Source: Chiloscyllium plagiosum
Lineage: Eukaryota
Assembly (NCBI RefSeq): GCF_004010195.1
Contig: NC_057755.1
Location: 12,270,966 to 12,331,812 of the forward strand
Direction: 5' to 3'
Length of the DNA: 60,847 nucleotides
The notes beneath the pieces are model-generated. The model searched no databases. It was not told the DNA's origin and saw only the letters and a program-made list of their open reading frames with translations. A program made the translations under genes and the position numbers. This document shows positions 13,092 through 26,088 of the stretch, in pieces. Position 1 is the stretch's first letter. Each line of letters starts with the position of its first letter.

Positions 13092-14278
13092 GTAAATAAC
13101 TTTTCAACTTTTTGTAATGTTACCAAGTATTAATATCTTGTGTGTTTGAATACTAAATAACAGTCACTGTTACTTAGCAACTGGCACCATTTCTCCATGT
13201 TCAGTGACATGGCCCAGGAACGTGACTTGGGCTTTTGCGAGCGCACGCTTTGCTCGGTTTATCACCAAGCCCGCATCCTGAAGTTGATTGACCAATTCTG
13301 ATAGATGCTACATATATTCCTTCCATGTGTGACTAAAAATCAACAGATTGTCTATATACACCACAATTGGGTTGTCCTGAAATGACTTTATTGATTAGTG
13401 TTTATACGTGGCTGGCACATGTTTCATATCAAATAGCATGACTTTAAAACTGTGCAGTCCATTCGGCATGAGCAAGTCCAACTTTGAAATATAAGTTGTT
13501 TTTCTCATCTTCTCAATGCAGTCTTCCAAATATGGGATAGAATGTCAATAAGATTTTGTAACTGCATTGACTTCGTGATAATACAGAGCTGAAAAATGTG
13601 TTGCTGGAAAAGTGTAGCTGGTCAGGCAGCATCAAAGGAGCATAAGCCTTTCTTCAGGAATGAGGAGGGTGTGCCAAGCAGGCTAAGATAAAAGGTAGGG
13701 AGGAGGGACTTGGGGGAGGGGCGTTGGGAATGCGATAGGTGGAAGGAGGTTAAGGTGAGGGTGATAGGCCGGAGAGGGGGTGGGGGCGGAGAGGTCAGGA
13801 AGAAGATTGCAGGTCAAGAAGGCGGTGCTGAGTCCGAGGGTTGGGACTGAGATAAGATGGGGGAGGGGAAATGAGAATGCATTCATCCCTTGTGATTGGA
13901 GGGTTCCTAGGCGGAAGATGAGGCGCTTTTCCTCCAGGTGTCGTGTTGCCATGGTCTGACGATGGAGGAGGCCAAGGACCTGTATGTCCTTGGCGGAGGG
14001 GGAGTTGAAGTGTTCAGCCACGGGGTGGTTGGATTGGTTTGTGTGGGTGTCCCAGAGGTGTTCTCTGAAACGTTCCGCAAGTAGGCGGCCTGTCTCTCCA
14101 ATGTATAGGAGGACACATCGGGTGCAGCGGATGCAGTAAATGATGTGAGTGGAGGTGCAGGTGAATTTGTGATGGATATGGAAGGATCTCTTGGGGCCTT
14201 GGAGGGAAGTAAGGGGGGGAGGTGTAGGCGCAAGTTTTGCATTTCTTGCGGTTGCAGGGGAAGGTGCCGGGAGTGGAG

Positions 14279-14702
14279 NNNNNNNNNNNNNNNNNNNNNN
14301 NNNNNNNNNNNNNNNNNNNNNNNNNNNNNNNNNNNNNNNNNNNNNNNNNNNNNNNNNNNNNNNNNNNNNNNNNNNNNNNNNNNNNNNNNNNNNNNNNNNN
14401 NNNNNNNNNNNNNNNNNNNNNNNNNNNNNNNNNNNNNNNNNNNNNNNNNNNNNNNNNNNNNNNNNNNNNNNNNNNNNNNNNNNNNNNNNNNNNNNNNNNN
14501 NNNNNNNNNNNNNNNNNNNNNNNNNNNNNNNNNNNNNNNNNNNNNNNNNNNNNNNNNNNNNNNNNNNNNNNNNNNNNNNNNNNNNNNNNNNNNNNNNNNN
14601 NNNNNNNNNNNNNNNNNNNNNNNNNNNNNNNNNNNNNNNNNNNNNNNNNNNNNNNNNNNNNNNNNNNNNNNNNNNNNNNNNNNNNNNNNNNNNNNNNNNN
14701 NN
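14279..14702. other. Assembly gap (other gaps at 54325-54923 and 57372-57605)
   Basis: Runs of N; all three lie in or next to PLE copies. Confidence 0.99.
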
Positions 14703-14755
14703 CAAGTCCCTCCTCCCTACCTTTTATCTTAGCCTGCTTGGCACACCCTCCTCAT

Positions 14756-14788
14756 TTCTGAAGAAGGGCTTATGCCCGAAACGTCGAT
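14756..14788 (+). ncRNA. Hammerhead core, sense to SUPV3L1 intron 9
   Basis: TT-CTGAAGA-A-GGGC(ttat)GCCC-GAA-ACGT-C-GA; core intact, stem I only about 2 bp. Confidence 0.6.
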
Positions 14789-16544
14789 TCTCCTGCTCCT
14801 TGGATGCTGCCTGACCTGCTGCGCTTTTCCAGCAACACCTTTTTCAGCTCTGATCTCCAGCATCTGCAGTCCTCACTTTCTCCTCGTGATAATACACACA
14901 ATTATTGGGTACAATTTGATTTTGGCACCATTACTATGGGTGAGGTCCATTCACTGCAACTCGCTTTGATTATATTTTCTTTGAGCATACGTTCAATCTC
15001 TTTTAGAACCTTTCCAATGTTAGACGATTACGTCGCTAAGGATGTTGCTTAATTGGAACAGCATTTCTTATATCTACATTATGCATAGTCAGATTAGTAC
15101 TTCCCAGCTTATTCACCATTTAATTGTAGTAACTCTTCCAGATCATTTTAGTTTTCCTCTGGAAGGTAACTCAATAATTTATCCCAATTTTTGAGAACTT
15201 TCTCATTGTCCAATTTACATTGAGGAATGTCCAATTTAGAATCATCTGAACTCGGTTCTTCACTGTTGTAACCAGTAACATATTCCCCTTTTGCTTTCCT
15301 TCCCTATCAAAATATCTTTTCAGCATATTCACATGACACACTGAGATTTAATTTTATCTGGTGTTCTTATCAAGTTGTTCAACTCATTCAATTTCCTTTT
15401 GATTTGATAAGGCCCCCGAAATCTTGCCTTCTAAGGTTCACTTACCACTGGTAGTAACACTAACGCTATCACCACTAGCAAAATTGCAAATTTTTGCTTT
15501 CTTATCTGCTTCCTATTTCATCATATGCTGTGCTACTTTTAAATGCTGTCTAACCAACTCACCCTCTCTACTTAAACTTTCCACTTAATTGTTCCCTAAA
15601 ATTTGACGTACAGTCCAAATGTGTGCTCTATAACTCTGAATCACCAATTTCTTCTTAATTAATCTCAATAATACTCTCATCTCATGCTCAAAAACTAATT
15701 TAAATGGACTGAATTTAGTTGACTCATCAGGTGCATCCCTAACTGCAAAAAAATACAAATGCAATTCCTTTCTCCCAATCATCTGGATAGTGTTGACTAT
15801 AAGCCCTCGACGTGGTCTTCAAAGTTTGGTGTCACTGTTTAATGCTTCCGGCCCAGTGAATTTGAATTGTTTATTTTCTAAGCTATCCATAACTCCCTTG
15901 AATAATTTTGATTGTAAAATTTGACCTTTGGTCCAATTGTACTCCTGAGGTAGTCCGTATCTAGTAAAAGAAATTGAGTAACTCTTCTACAATCCTTTTA
16001 GTCATGATACTGTGTAATGGAATGGTCTCTGGAAATCTAGTAAACACATCCATTATGGTTATTAAATACTGATTCCCACATTTTATTTTTGAGAGGGATC
16101 CTATGCAATCAAATATGACTCTTGTGTGAGGTTCCCAAAATGCAGGAATGGGTACTAAGTGTGCTGGTTTTATCACTGTCTGAGGTTTTCCAATTACCTG
16201 ATATTTATGACATGTCTGGCAAAATTCAATTGCATCCTAATGCAGTCCAGGACAATAAAAATGTTTTTGTACTTTGGCTTGAGTTTTCCTTACTCTTAGA
16301 TGACCACCTACTAGTAATTCATGTGCTACCTGCAACACCTCCTTTCTATAACTTACCAGTCATACAACTTGATCACCTTTTACCCATTTGTCATCTGCCT
16401 GAATATGTGATGGTCTCCATTTCCTCCTTAGAATAACTTGGATTTATAACATCTGTCAAGACTGCAATTTTGAAAGTAGGAAATACTGCATTGAATTCAG
16501 TGCAGCAAACTGCCACAATAAAATAAATGTTATCAAAAGTCATG

Positions 16545-17220
16545 GGAATGTACAGAATGGAAAAAGACCCTTTGGCCAATTGTGTCCATGCTGATTGAAA
16601 CCAATCGCCTAACTATTCTAATCCCATTTTCTTGTATGCCTTGGCATCTAGATTGCACATCTAAATATTACTCAAATGTTATGAAGGTTTCTGTCTCTAA
16701 TACCCTTAAAGGCAGTGAGTTCCAGATTCCCACAATCCTCTAGATGGAAAAAGTTGTTCCTTCACACCACCTCTCAACCTCTTGCCTCTTTCTTTAAAGC
16801 TATGCCCCCCTCCATCAAGGGGAGAAGTTCTTTTTTTCCTGTTTAACCATTATTTTATACATCTCAATCATGTCCCCTCTCAAGCTCCTATCCACTAAAG
16901 AAAACTGCCCAAGTCTGTCCAGTCTCTCTTTGTAGCTAAGACTACAGGCAACAATCCTGATAAATCTCCTCTGTACCCTCTCCAGTACAGTCTCATCTTT
17001 CCTTTAATGTGGATTCCAGAACTACACACTAGCTGTAGTCTAACCAATGTTTATGCAGTTCCAGCGTAACTTCCCTGCTCTTAAAATCTATGCCTTGCCT
17101 GATCAAGGCAAGTATACCATTTGCCGCCTTAACAGGTGTCCTAATACCACAGGACTGGTGGACATGCAAACCGAATTCCTACTGATCCTGTGTTTCTCAA
17201 GGTTTTACCATTCATTGTGT
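16545..17220 (-). mobile_element. Old CR1 3' fragment
   Basis: Decayed CR1 RT C-terminus and tail. Confidence 0.72.
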
Positions 17221-18805
17221 ATTAATTTGTTACGTTTGGTCCAGGAGGAAATTAATAAATTCAGAATGGGCACAGAAGTAGTGAATGAAGTGAAAGTAGT
17301 GACCTTTATAATGTGAATGTTTTGGTCGGGAGAACACGGTGGTCATTTATTACTTGGAAGGTAAAACTCTCAGATCCGGCAGAGGAAGAAAAGGATCTCC
17401 TGAGTACAAATGTTGATTTCTGTTTTATGGCCTTGCTAACCTCTGGTACAACTAAACCAAAAATTAGGATTTACTCCTAGAGAGATAGAATTAAAAAACA
17501 AAGCATGAAACATGTATTGAACATTAGTTCGACCGCACTTGAAATAATGCTTACAGTTTTGGTCACTATTATTCAAAAGAAAATGAGTTCCTGAAGAAGG
17601 CACAAGGAAGATCTGCAAAGCTGATGCCAGTAATGCTTAGGTATATGTATTGACATTGAGATTGATTCCCTCATCCCTTAGTCTGTGCGAGATGAGAGTA
17701 AAAAATGATTGAGGGAGACCTACTAGAGTTCTTAAGTTAAGAAAGTATTTGACACAAGAGATACAAAGACAATGTTTCTTCTTGTGCAAAAGAATGTATA
17801 CAAATATGATAGGTTTTTAAAAATAAGTTGAGAGCATTGTAAATTTAGGTGAGAGATGGAATGAGGCTCATGTGATGCATGTAGATGTCTGGCCCTAGTG
17901 CAGTTAAGGAAATGGAACTGAGAGGTGGAATCAACCTGCTCCTAGGAACTGCCCAATCAAGTGGGTTAGGTAGTGTAAGTGAAATGTAACATAGAAATAT
18001 ATTAAAAAGACTCTTACAACAAAGTTGTAAAGTAATCCCCATAATACTGATGAAGACTCACAATACAGTTTTATTCGGCATAATTACAGTTTTTTTTCAG
18101 GAATGCTGATTTACCACCACGAACTCAAATAGATTCTTTATCATATGCAGTTCTGGGAGAATTGCTTGTGTTCTCAGTTTCATCTTGCATCATGTTTTCA
18201 TTGATAAAGTAAAACATTGGCCTTGATAATGTTTGTTTATTTAACTGTGTAATAATATTCTTATTATTTTCTTTAAAGTCGAAAATCCACAGGAACATGG
18301 TAGGAAACAAAGTTCAAGGTAGCAGGTAGGTAGGAGGCAAATAGTATTGCTAATGAGAGAGGATCACGGTTTAGTGGCTCAGTAATGCTGAGAGGGTCAT
18401 TTTTGGATTTTGAGGATGGAGGAGGCATGTGAGGATTATCTGGGATTGGAGCATTAAAATGGGAAACTTTCCGATGTGACCGGAGGGAAGAGATTGGGAA
18501 TGAGGGAGGAGTTAGTGACTGTGTGAGAGCATGCAGCACTCTTTACTTGGAATGTTCTTTGTACTTGCATTTAGTTTCTTTTCCAAGCATCTATCTGAGT
18601 GTCACTAGTCATTTATCGGACTGAGAACAGAAAATTACAGCAAATAGGATGGGAGGATATATATTGGCATGGATCAAGAGTTAGTTAACAGATAGCAGAA
18701 TCAAAATAAATAGTAAATAAAATATTATGGATGCTGAAAATCTGAAACAAAAACAGAGAAAGCAGAGTTTTTATGTTTCAAGTCCACTGTGCCACCGTGC
18801 CGCCC

Positions 18806-19112
18806 ACGGCGGCACAGTGGTTAGCACTGCTGCCTCTCAGCGCCAGAGACTCGGGTTCAATTCCCGCCTCAGGCAACTGACTGTGCGGAGTTTGCACGTT
18901 CTCCCCGTGTCTGCGTGGGTTTCCTCCGGGTGCTCCGGTTTCCTCCCACAGTCCAAAGATGTGCAGGTCAAGTGAATTGGCCATGCTAAATTGCCCGTAG
19001 TGTTACGTAAAGGGTAAATGTAGGGGTATGGGTGGGTTGCGCTTCGGCGGGGCGGTGTGGACTTGTTGGGCCGAAGGGCCTGTTTCCACACTAAGTAATC
19101 TAATCTAATCTA
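18806..19112 (+). mobile_element. tRNA-derived V-SINE (elasmobranch HE1-like)
   Basis: A/B boxes (gtggttagc / gggttcaattcc), V-domain gtctgcgtgggtttcctccgggtgctccggtttcctccc, (taatc)n tail. Confidence 0.88.
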
Positions 19113-19229
19113 ATAAACGTTGTTCAGAACTGACAGTGGGCTAGAAATATTAGCTGGTAGCTGTGCTTTCTCTCCACAGCTGCTGCCAGATTGGCTGAAT
19201 TTTTTTCTCCGGCCATTTCTGTTTTTGTG

Positions 19230-20750
19230 GGAATAGATGAGTTGTTTTCCAGAGTTGCAGGCAATGACTGGCGGGGTACCTCAAGTATTAGTGATTGGAC
19301 CTTGGCTATTCACAATAGATTTTAATGATCTGGATGAGGGAACCAAATGCAACATTTTCAAGTCTGTTGACAACATCAAACTGGCCAGAGTTGTGAGGAT
19401 GATGCAGTAAGGCTTCATGGAGATCTAGACCAGTTGAGTGAATGGATAAACACATGGCAGATGCAGTATAACATGGATAAATGTGAAGTTATGCACTTGG
19501 CTATGAAACCAGAAAGATTATTATTTTAAATGGCAAAACAGTGGAACCTCGATTATTCGAACATTATGGGCGGGCAGTATTTCATTCAGATAATCGATTA
19601 TTTGGTTAATCGATTAAATGCCTTTCCTCTAGAGCTCTGAATTTTTAAAGTCTGCCCTCCGTTCAGGAGGTAAGGCAGCAAGACAGCATGTGAGGCCCCA
19701 CCCAACACCGCCTGCTGCCCCCGTGCAACCCTCCCGCACCCAACCCAGTCTGACACCGCCCCCCAAACTCATCCACTCTCGCCCCCTCTCCGGGGCAGCC
19801 GGACTGGACATCAACAACAAGACTGCTGCTGCTGCCTTTGTGGGGTAAGTCTCCAAACAGCACACCCACACGCAGCCACAGCCCCACACACATTTTACTG
19901 CAACTTTTTGACAGGTTCCACCTTTGCTCTGTACAGGACAATGTTGGAGAGATTATTTGGGGAAGGGGTCTTTAAGAAAGAACTCCAGGGAAAGTGTGTG
20001 TGGAGAGAGAGTGCGGGAGGTGCCTGTTTAATCACTGTAAACAAAAGACACGATGACTGTTGGAAACACATCTTTGATGTAATCCGATTTTCAGTTAATT
20101 GGTATTTGGATAATAGAGGTTCCTCTCTATTGGACCTGGCTGTCCCTTACATTAGCCAATGAAAGTAGACAAGCAGATGTTGTAAACAATTAGGAGGGCA
20201 AATGGAATATTAGCTGTCACTGGATTTGAGTTCCAAAGTATGAATGTCTACTGTAGTTAGACAGGACCTTGGTGAGACCTTTAAGAAAGTATATACTTGC
20301 CATAGAGGGAGTGTAGTAGAGATTCACTTAGCTGATACTGGGGATAGTGGGACTGTTGTATGAGGAGAAAATGGTTCAATTGGGCCTGTATTTACCAGAG
20401 TTTAGAAGAATGAGAGGGGATCTGATTGAAGTGGAGTAAAATTCTAACAGGGTTCCACAGGGGAGAATTGTTTTCTCATATTGTGGAGCCTGGAATCGGG
20501 GACATGACCTCACATTTAGGATTGAGATGACGAAAGATTTTTACACTTAATGTAATGGAATTCTCTATCACAGAAGGCCTTGGAGGCCAAGTCATTGAAT
20601 ATATTTAAGAAAGAGATAGGTAAAATTTCAGACCTTAAAGGCATAAGGAGAAAGCAGGACTGTGGCATTGAGGTAGAGGATCAGTCATGATCATACTGAA
20701 TGGAGGAGCAAGCTTGAAAGGCTGAATAGCCTACTCTTGTTCCTAGTTTC
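19230..20750 (+). mobile_element. CR1 fragment interrupted by the MITE
   Basis: GVPQ..VIGP, WQMQYN..KCEVMH, RMRGDLIEV motifs on either side of 19539-20127. Confidence 0.8.
19539..20127. mobile_element. Non-autonomous DNA transposon (pogo/Tigger-like MITE) inserted in a CR1
   Basis: TIRs cagtggaacctcgattattcgaa / tttggataatagaggttcctctc, followed by TA; no transposase. Confidence 0.75.
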
Positions 20751-21724
20751 TGAGTCTGTTTGTTATGAAAATTTAGAAATGATGTATATCAATAAGAGAG
20801 ATGATTGCAAGGAGGAGAAAATCTTGTAAGAACCATTGCTTCTATCTGCCCATTTGATATGCAGATGTCCATGGAAGAACCACTAGGAAACTAAAGGTTC
20901 TCAAATCTTGGCTAACTGAATAAAGGCACAAGACTAAACTTATTCCTTTCTATTTGCAGACGTGTGTGTGAGGATAATGATCACTTCTATAAAGTGTTGA
21001 AGAACCGTGTTCTGACCTTGGCTGATTATCTTAAATCGGTTCTTTGCGTAGCTGTTAACATTGTTAGTGGCTAATCAGAGTCAACTTGCCAACCAATCAG
21101 CAACTGTTTGTTATATAATTGGTCATGACGGTTCGAAATTTGGCATCCTTGTGTTTTATCCTAATGAGTGTAAAATAAAATGGTTTGGCAACATGTCTCT
21201 CTGCAGCAATTCAGTATTGTCAAGTACAATATATTCTGCACAAGAGAATTTTAATATTGATGAGAGTGACAGTTCTATCTCCTCATCATGATGAGAGATT
21301 GTCAATGTGGGCAAATTGTAAGGTTGCTTCTTTGTCCTGCTGTTATTGTTCTGTTCGATCTCTGATTCTTGATTCTAGGTTGGAAAGAATCAGCAAATTT
21401 CAGTCTGCAAGTACTGGTCACTGAGAGAAAGCAAGTCTGTGTGGAATGCATAATCAGACTGTTGAGACCTCAGCTTTGCATACTGTTTGTTTCTACTTAT
21501 TACCCAGCCTTTGCATACTGTTTGATTTTGGTTGCGTTGTTGTCAAACCCCTCTTTCCACCCATAATCCTAACTGGTTTGTGAAAAGCCAGCGTCTTAAC
21601 AGTGTAGTACCCTGACTCAGAATGAGACCCACATATCAGGGCCACAGTTTTCCCTCACATGTTTGGCAATTGCCAAATAGAAATCACTGTTGAATAGAAT
21701 GATACAAGAGTCTCTCATTCTACT

Positions 21725-22820
21725 TAGAGCATAGGGACTAGGAGCAGGAGTAGACCTTCAAGCCTGCTCTGCCATTCGATAAGATCATGGTTGATCTTTT
21801 CGCAGACTCGGCTCCACTTACCCACCCTCTCACTGTATCCCTTAATTCCTTTATTGTTTAAAAAAAAATCTACCTTTGTTTTAACAACGTTCACTGAAGT
21901 AGCGTCAACTACTTCATTGGGCAGGGAATTCCATAGATTTACAGCCCTCTAGATAAAGAAGTTCTTTCTCAATTCCGTCCGAAATCTGCTCCCCCTAATT
22001 TTGAGGCTATGACCTCTTATCCTAGTTTCACCTACCAGGGTGGAAACATCCTCTCTACGTCGATCTTAACTGTTCCGTTCATAATTGTATATATTTCTAT
22101 AAGGTACACCCCCCTCCCATTCTTCTAAATTCCAATGAATATAATCCCAGTCTACTCAGTCTCTCCTCATAAGCCAATCCCCTCAACTCTGGAATCTAGC
22201 TAGTGATCCTCCTCTGCACTTTCTTCTAGTGCCAGTACATCCTTTCTGAAGTAAGGAGACCAAAACTGCACGCAGTACTCCAGGTGTGGCTTCACCAGCA
22301 GCCTGTACAGCTGCAACATAACCTCCCTGCTTTTAAACTCAATTCCTTTAGCAATGAAGGATAAAATTCCACTTGCCTTCCTAATTGTTGTACTTGCAGA
22401 CCAACCCACTGTGATTTTTGCACAAGGACACCCAGGTCCCTCTGCATAACAGCACGCTGCAACCTTTTACTGTTAAAGTAATAATCCTTTTTACTGTACA
22501 AGATATTGAGAAACATAGAGTGGATAGCCAGAGACTTCTTCCCCGTGGCGGAAATGGGGCATAAGTTTAAGGTGATTGGAGGAAGGTTTAGGGGAGATGT
22601 CAGAGGTAGGTTCTTTACCCAGAGAGTGGTGGGTGCGTGGAATGCACTGCCAGCAGTGATACCAGAGTCAGATACATTAGGGACATTTAAGCGACTCTTG
22701 GATAGGCACATGGAAGTTTGTACAATGTAGGTATGTAGGTTAGTTTGATCTTAGAGTAGAATGAAAGGCCGGCACAACGTCAAGGGCTGAAGGGCCTTTA
22801 CTGTGCTGTACTGTTCTATG
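21725..22820. mobile_element. Two CR1 3' fragments back to back (21725-22500 minus; 22500-22820 plus)
   Basis: KPHLEYCVQFWSPY on minus; FFTQRVVGAWNALP on plus. Confidence 0.88.
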
Positions 22821-22927
22821 ATGCACAGCATGCATCGTCAGCTGCTGCAACTGGTGCTTGTGTTGTGACATTTAGTCCTCAGTGGTCTGGTTCAGTTTAC
22901 TGACAGTGTCTGTATTCTTGATCTTAG

Positions 22928-23021
22928 GAACAAAGTTGGCTCAAGCAAAAAAATTCAATGACCCTGACGATCCCTGTAAGATCCTTGTTGCTACTGATGC
23001 CATTGGAATGGGTTTAAATCT
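22928..23021 (+). CDS. SUPV3L1: SUPV3L1 exon 10, motif V region
   Basis: cttag| ... |gtgagt. (G)[30 protein letters not shown](L). Confidence 0.96.
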
Positions 23022-23360
23022 GTGAGTAAACCATTCACCTTGTTGCTGTTTTCACTTCTTTGCTGAACGAATTGTGCTGAGATTATGTGCCTTGGTTGTT
23101 GCTTCCTCGCCTTCAGAGAATCAAAGTCCATCCAGCACACCATTCATTATGAGTGAGTCTCTGTAGACTGAGAGACATTGGCAATAAGGGCCAGGGACTT
23201 TATCCATTTAGTTATATTCATTGCTATCTCTACAAGAGGGTGCTTGATACTGTGAGATTACCTCCCTGTATGGATCACAGGACAATGTGGAACAAACTAA
23301 TTGAAGCCCAGTTCTATCATCTAATAATCTGCAAGAACAATTTTTCTCTGTTTTGTTCAG

Positions 23361-23580
23361 GAGCATAAAACGCATAATTTTCAATTCTCTTGTGAAACCA
23401 AGTATCAATGAAAAAGGAGAGAAAGAAATGGACCGGATAACTACGTCACAGGCCCTACAGATTGCTGGCAGAGCTGGCAGATTCAGCTCCGCCTTTAAAG
23501 AAGGGGAAGTTACTACAATGAATCGGGATGACCTTCCTGTGCTGCAAGAAATCCTGAGCAGGACCGTCGAACCCATTGAG
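23361..23580 (+). CDS. SUPV3L1: SUPV3L1 exon 11, motif VI (QIAGRAGR)
   Basis: ttcag| ... |gtgagc. [73 protein letters not shown]. Confidence 0.97.
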
Positions 23581-24244
23581 GTGAGCATACTGAAGAAAAA
23601 AGGTAAGGCTCCCCATCATCACCATCTTGTGGGTTAATATAGACAAGAATTTGCTATGGACTGGTCATATAAGTACAGTGGCTTACAACAGCAAGGCAAA
23701 GGTTAGGAATACGTAGTGAGTAACTCACTTCATTGACTCCCAAAAGTGTGTACACAAGGTACAAGTCAAGGGTATAATGGAATACTCCCCACAGTAGACA
23801 AGGGCAGCAGAAACATGGAAACACCACTATGGTTCCTCTTCAAGCAACTCACTATCTTGACTTGGAAATATGTTGACTGTTTTTTAATCAGTATCTTGGA
23901 GTTTCCTCCCTAATGGTATTACTGGTTTTCTTGCAACAATAGACTGCAACAATTCAAGGAAGCAGCTCCTCACTACCATATATTCTGCAACTAAGGATGG
24001 GCAATAAATAATGGCCCAGCCAGTGAAGCCCACAATACCTAAATTAATTTTTTTTTTATAAAGCTCAATGATTGTTGTAAATAATGAAATTCAGAGCACT
24101 TTATTTGAGTGTTCAAAGTATCCACAATGATATAGATGAGCTAGTATCCCAAATACAGAAAAGTAGTTTGTATTTAATTGTAATACAGCGACTTGGTTAC
24201 AACATGGCGAAGGTTAAGAAAATAAAATATTCTAGAGTGCGCTC

Positions 24245-24279
24245 TATATATATATATATATATTATATATATATATATA
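24245..24279. repeat. (TA)n microsatellite
   Basis: Visible dinucleotide run with one interruption. Confidence 0.95.
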
Positions 24280-24552
24280 AGAATCTGGGACAGATTGGCA
24301 AAGAGGGGATGCTGCGTTAAAAAAATGGATGGGTTAAAGGCATTAGTGAGGACGGAGGTCATGAGCGAGAATTTGTATGAGTCAAGGTGAAGATCACGAA
24401 TCAGAGATACTGATGGAAGTGGTTTATAGGCTTCCTAGCAACAGCTATACTGTTGGACAGATTATTAAGTAATAAATTATTTGAGCTTAAAGCAAAGGCA
24501 GTGAAATAATTCTTCTAAACTGGGGTACTCAAATTGGCAAGAGAATTTTGAC

Positions 24553-25340
24553 GTCAAAAAATGTGCTGGAAAAGCACAGCAGGTCAGGTAGCATTTGAGG
24601 AGCAAGAGGGTCGATGTTTTGGGTATAAACCCTTCATCAGGAATGTGGAGGGGCAAGGGAGCTGAGAGATAAATAGTGGGGTGGTGCTGGGGGCAAGGTA
24701 GCTGGGAAGGCAGTAGGTGGATTCAGTTGGGGGTAATTGTTATTGGTCAGTGGGCAGAGTGGAGTGGGCAGGTGGGAAGGTAAATGCATAGGTCAAGAGA
24801 GCGGTGCAGAGTTGGAGGGTTGGATCTGAGATGAGGTGGGGGGAGGGAGATTTGAAAACTCGTGAAATCGATATTGTAACCATGTGGTTAAAGGGTCCTG
24901 TGGCAGAAGGCAAGGCATTGATTTGGCAGTGGAGGAGGCCCCGAACATGCATGTCTTGCGGGGAGTGGGAGGGGAATTTGAAGTGGTCGGCCACAGGGCA
25001 ATTGGATTGTTTGGTGTGTGTGTCCCAGAGATGTCCCCTGAAATGCTCCGCGAGTTGGGAGCCTATCTCCCTGATGTAGAGGAGCCAACATCGAGAACAA
25101 CGGACATAGTAATTGAGGAAGGTGGATGTGCAGAAAAATCTCTGCCAAATATGGAAAGATCCTTTGGGACCTTGGATGGAGCTGAGGGGGGGGGAGGTGT
25201 GGGTGCAGGTTTTCACCTCATGTGGCAGTAAAAACAATGACTGCAGATGCTGGAAACCAGATTCTGGATTAGTGGTGCTGGAAAAGCACAGCAGTTTAGG
25301 CCTCATGTGGCGGCAAGGGTAGGTGCCAGATGTAGAGGGT
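24553..25340 (-). mobile_element. Decayed Neptune-type PLE (GIY-YIG + terminal repeat) with a nested 74-bp PLE tail at 25227-25300
   Basis: FFCTSTFLNYYVRCSRCWLLYIREIGSQLAEHFRGH...VADHF. The nested piece is flanked by an 11-bp TSD cctcatgtggc (25216-25226 / 25301-25311). Confidence 0.85.
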
Positions 25341-26088
25341 GGGTTGGTGGGTGGCATGGACGTAACCATTCCCCTAATTATAGAGCCCCCGACAACTACC
25401 TTTTTGCTTCCCCTCTTGAATGGCCTCCTGTACCATGGTTCAGTTTTCAGTTGGCTCATCCTCCCTGAAGCCCTGTTCCTTGTCCACTCAGGGAGCTGAG
25501 GCTCCTCTGTCACATCTTGCTGGGCATGGCCACTGAACTAATTTTAAGTACTTAATCTACCAGCTGTGACTGCTTCCTGAAACCGTGTCCAGGTACTTCT
25601 CTCTCTCCCAGATATTCCATAGTGTTTAAAGCTCAGATTCCAGCTCATCAACTCTGAGCCGAAGTTCCTTGATCAACCAACACTTGCTGCAGATGTGGTC
25701 ACTGCAGTTCACAATGGGATCAGCCAGCTCCCACATCATACAGCTAGAACGCATCACTGTCCAATCATTTCTACTTAGTTAATTACTTTATTATATATTT
25801 TTTTAAATGATTTAATTAAATTTATTGATACTTTGCTGGGTTCTTTTTCAAATTTAGTACAGATTTCCTACCAGCCAATCAGGTCACAGCCTCCCTGTGA
25901 CATCAGTCCAGTTTTTTTTGCAGCTACGGTGCCCCAAGTTCCAGTAGTTTTATACTCTGCTCTGCCTTCTGATAGCTTCCCGCTGACTAGCATTATAAGA
26001 TCATTCAATAACACCTGTCTTTGGAAGGTGGAAGATGTTTCAACTTCTAAAACGTATTTATTTATTATCCACTTTGAACTTTTTTAAG

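Larger units (their letters stand above)
13586..14883 (-). mobile_element. Penelope-like (Neptune-type) retroelement remnant with GIY-YIG endonuclease and inverted terminal repeats; spans an N-gap
   Basis: Minus-strand ORF FTCTSTHIIYCIRCTRCVLLYIGETGRLLAERFREH...VAEHFN...LGTLQSQGMN. Inverted repeats at both ends; 13-bp TSD tcgtgataataca (13573-13585 / 14884-14896). Confidence 0.9.
13181..16430 (-). mobile_element. Decayed Gypsy/Ty3 LTR retrotransposon, Gmr1-type order (integrase upstream of RT), split by a PLE
   Basis: On the minus strand, in order: AHELLVGGHLRVRKT...FCQTCHK (IN Zn finger); DCIG...MDVFTRFPE (IN core); ESTKFSPFKLVF; then RT PIKQHP...WTSPIVMVPK...VNAVTK...ISKLDL...VYIDN...VTFLGHV. 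Many stops and frameshifts; no LTRs recognised. Confidence 0.85.

Noticed and set aside
13683..14814. Long ORFs of 170-340 aa (also 54267-55214, 57002-58003)
   Set aside because: Their length comes from N-gaps translated as X; the real parts are PLE remnants.
18806..18870. tRNA gene
   Set aside because: The A/B boxes belong to the SINE head; it continues into the V-domain and tail and is multicopy.
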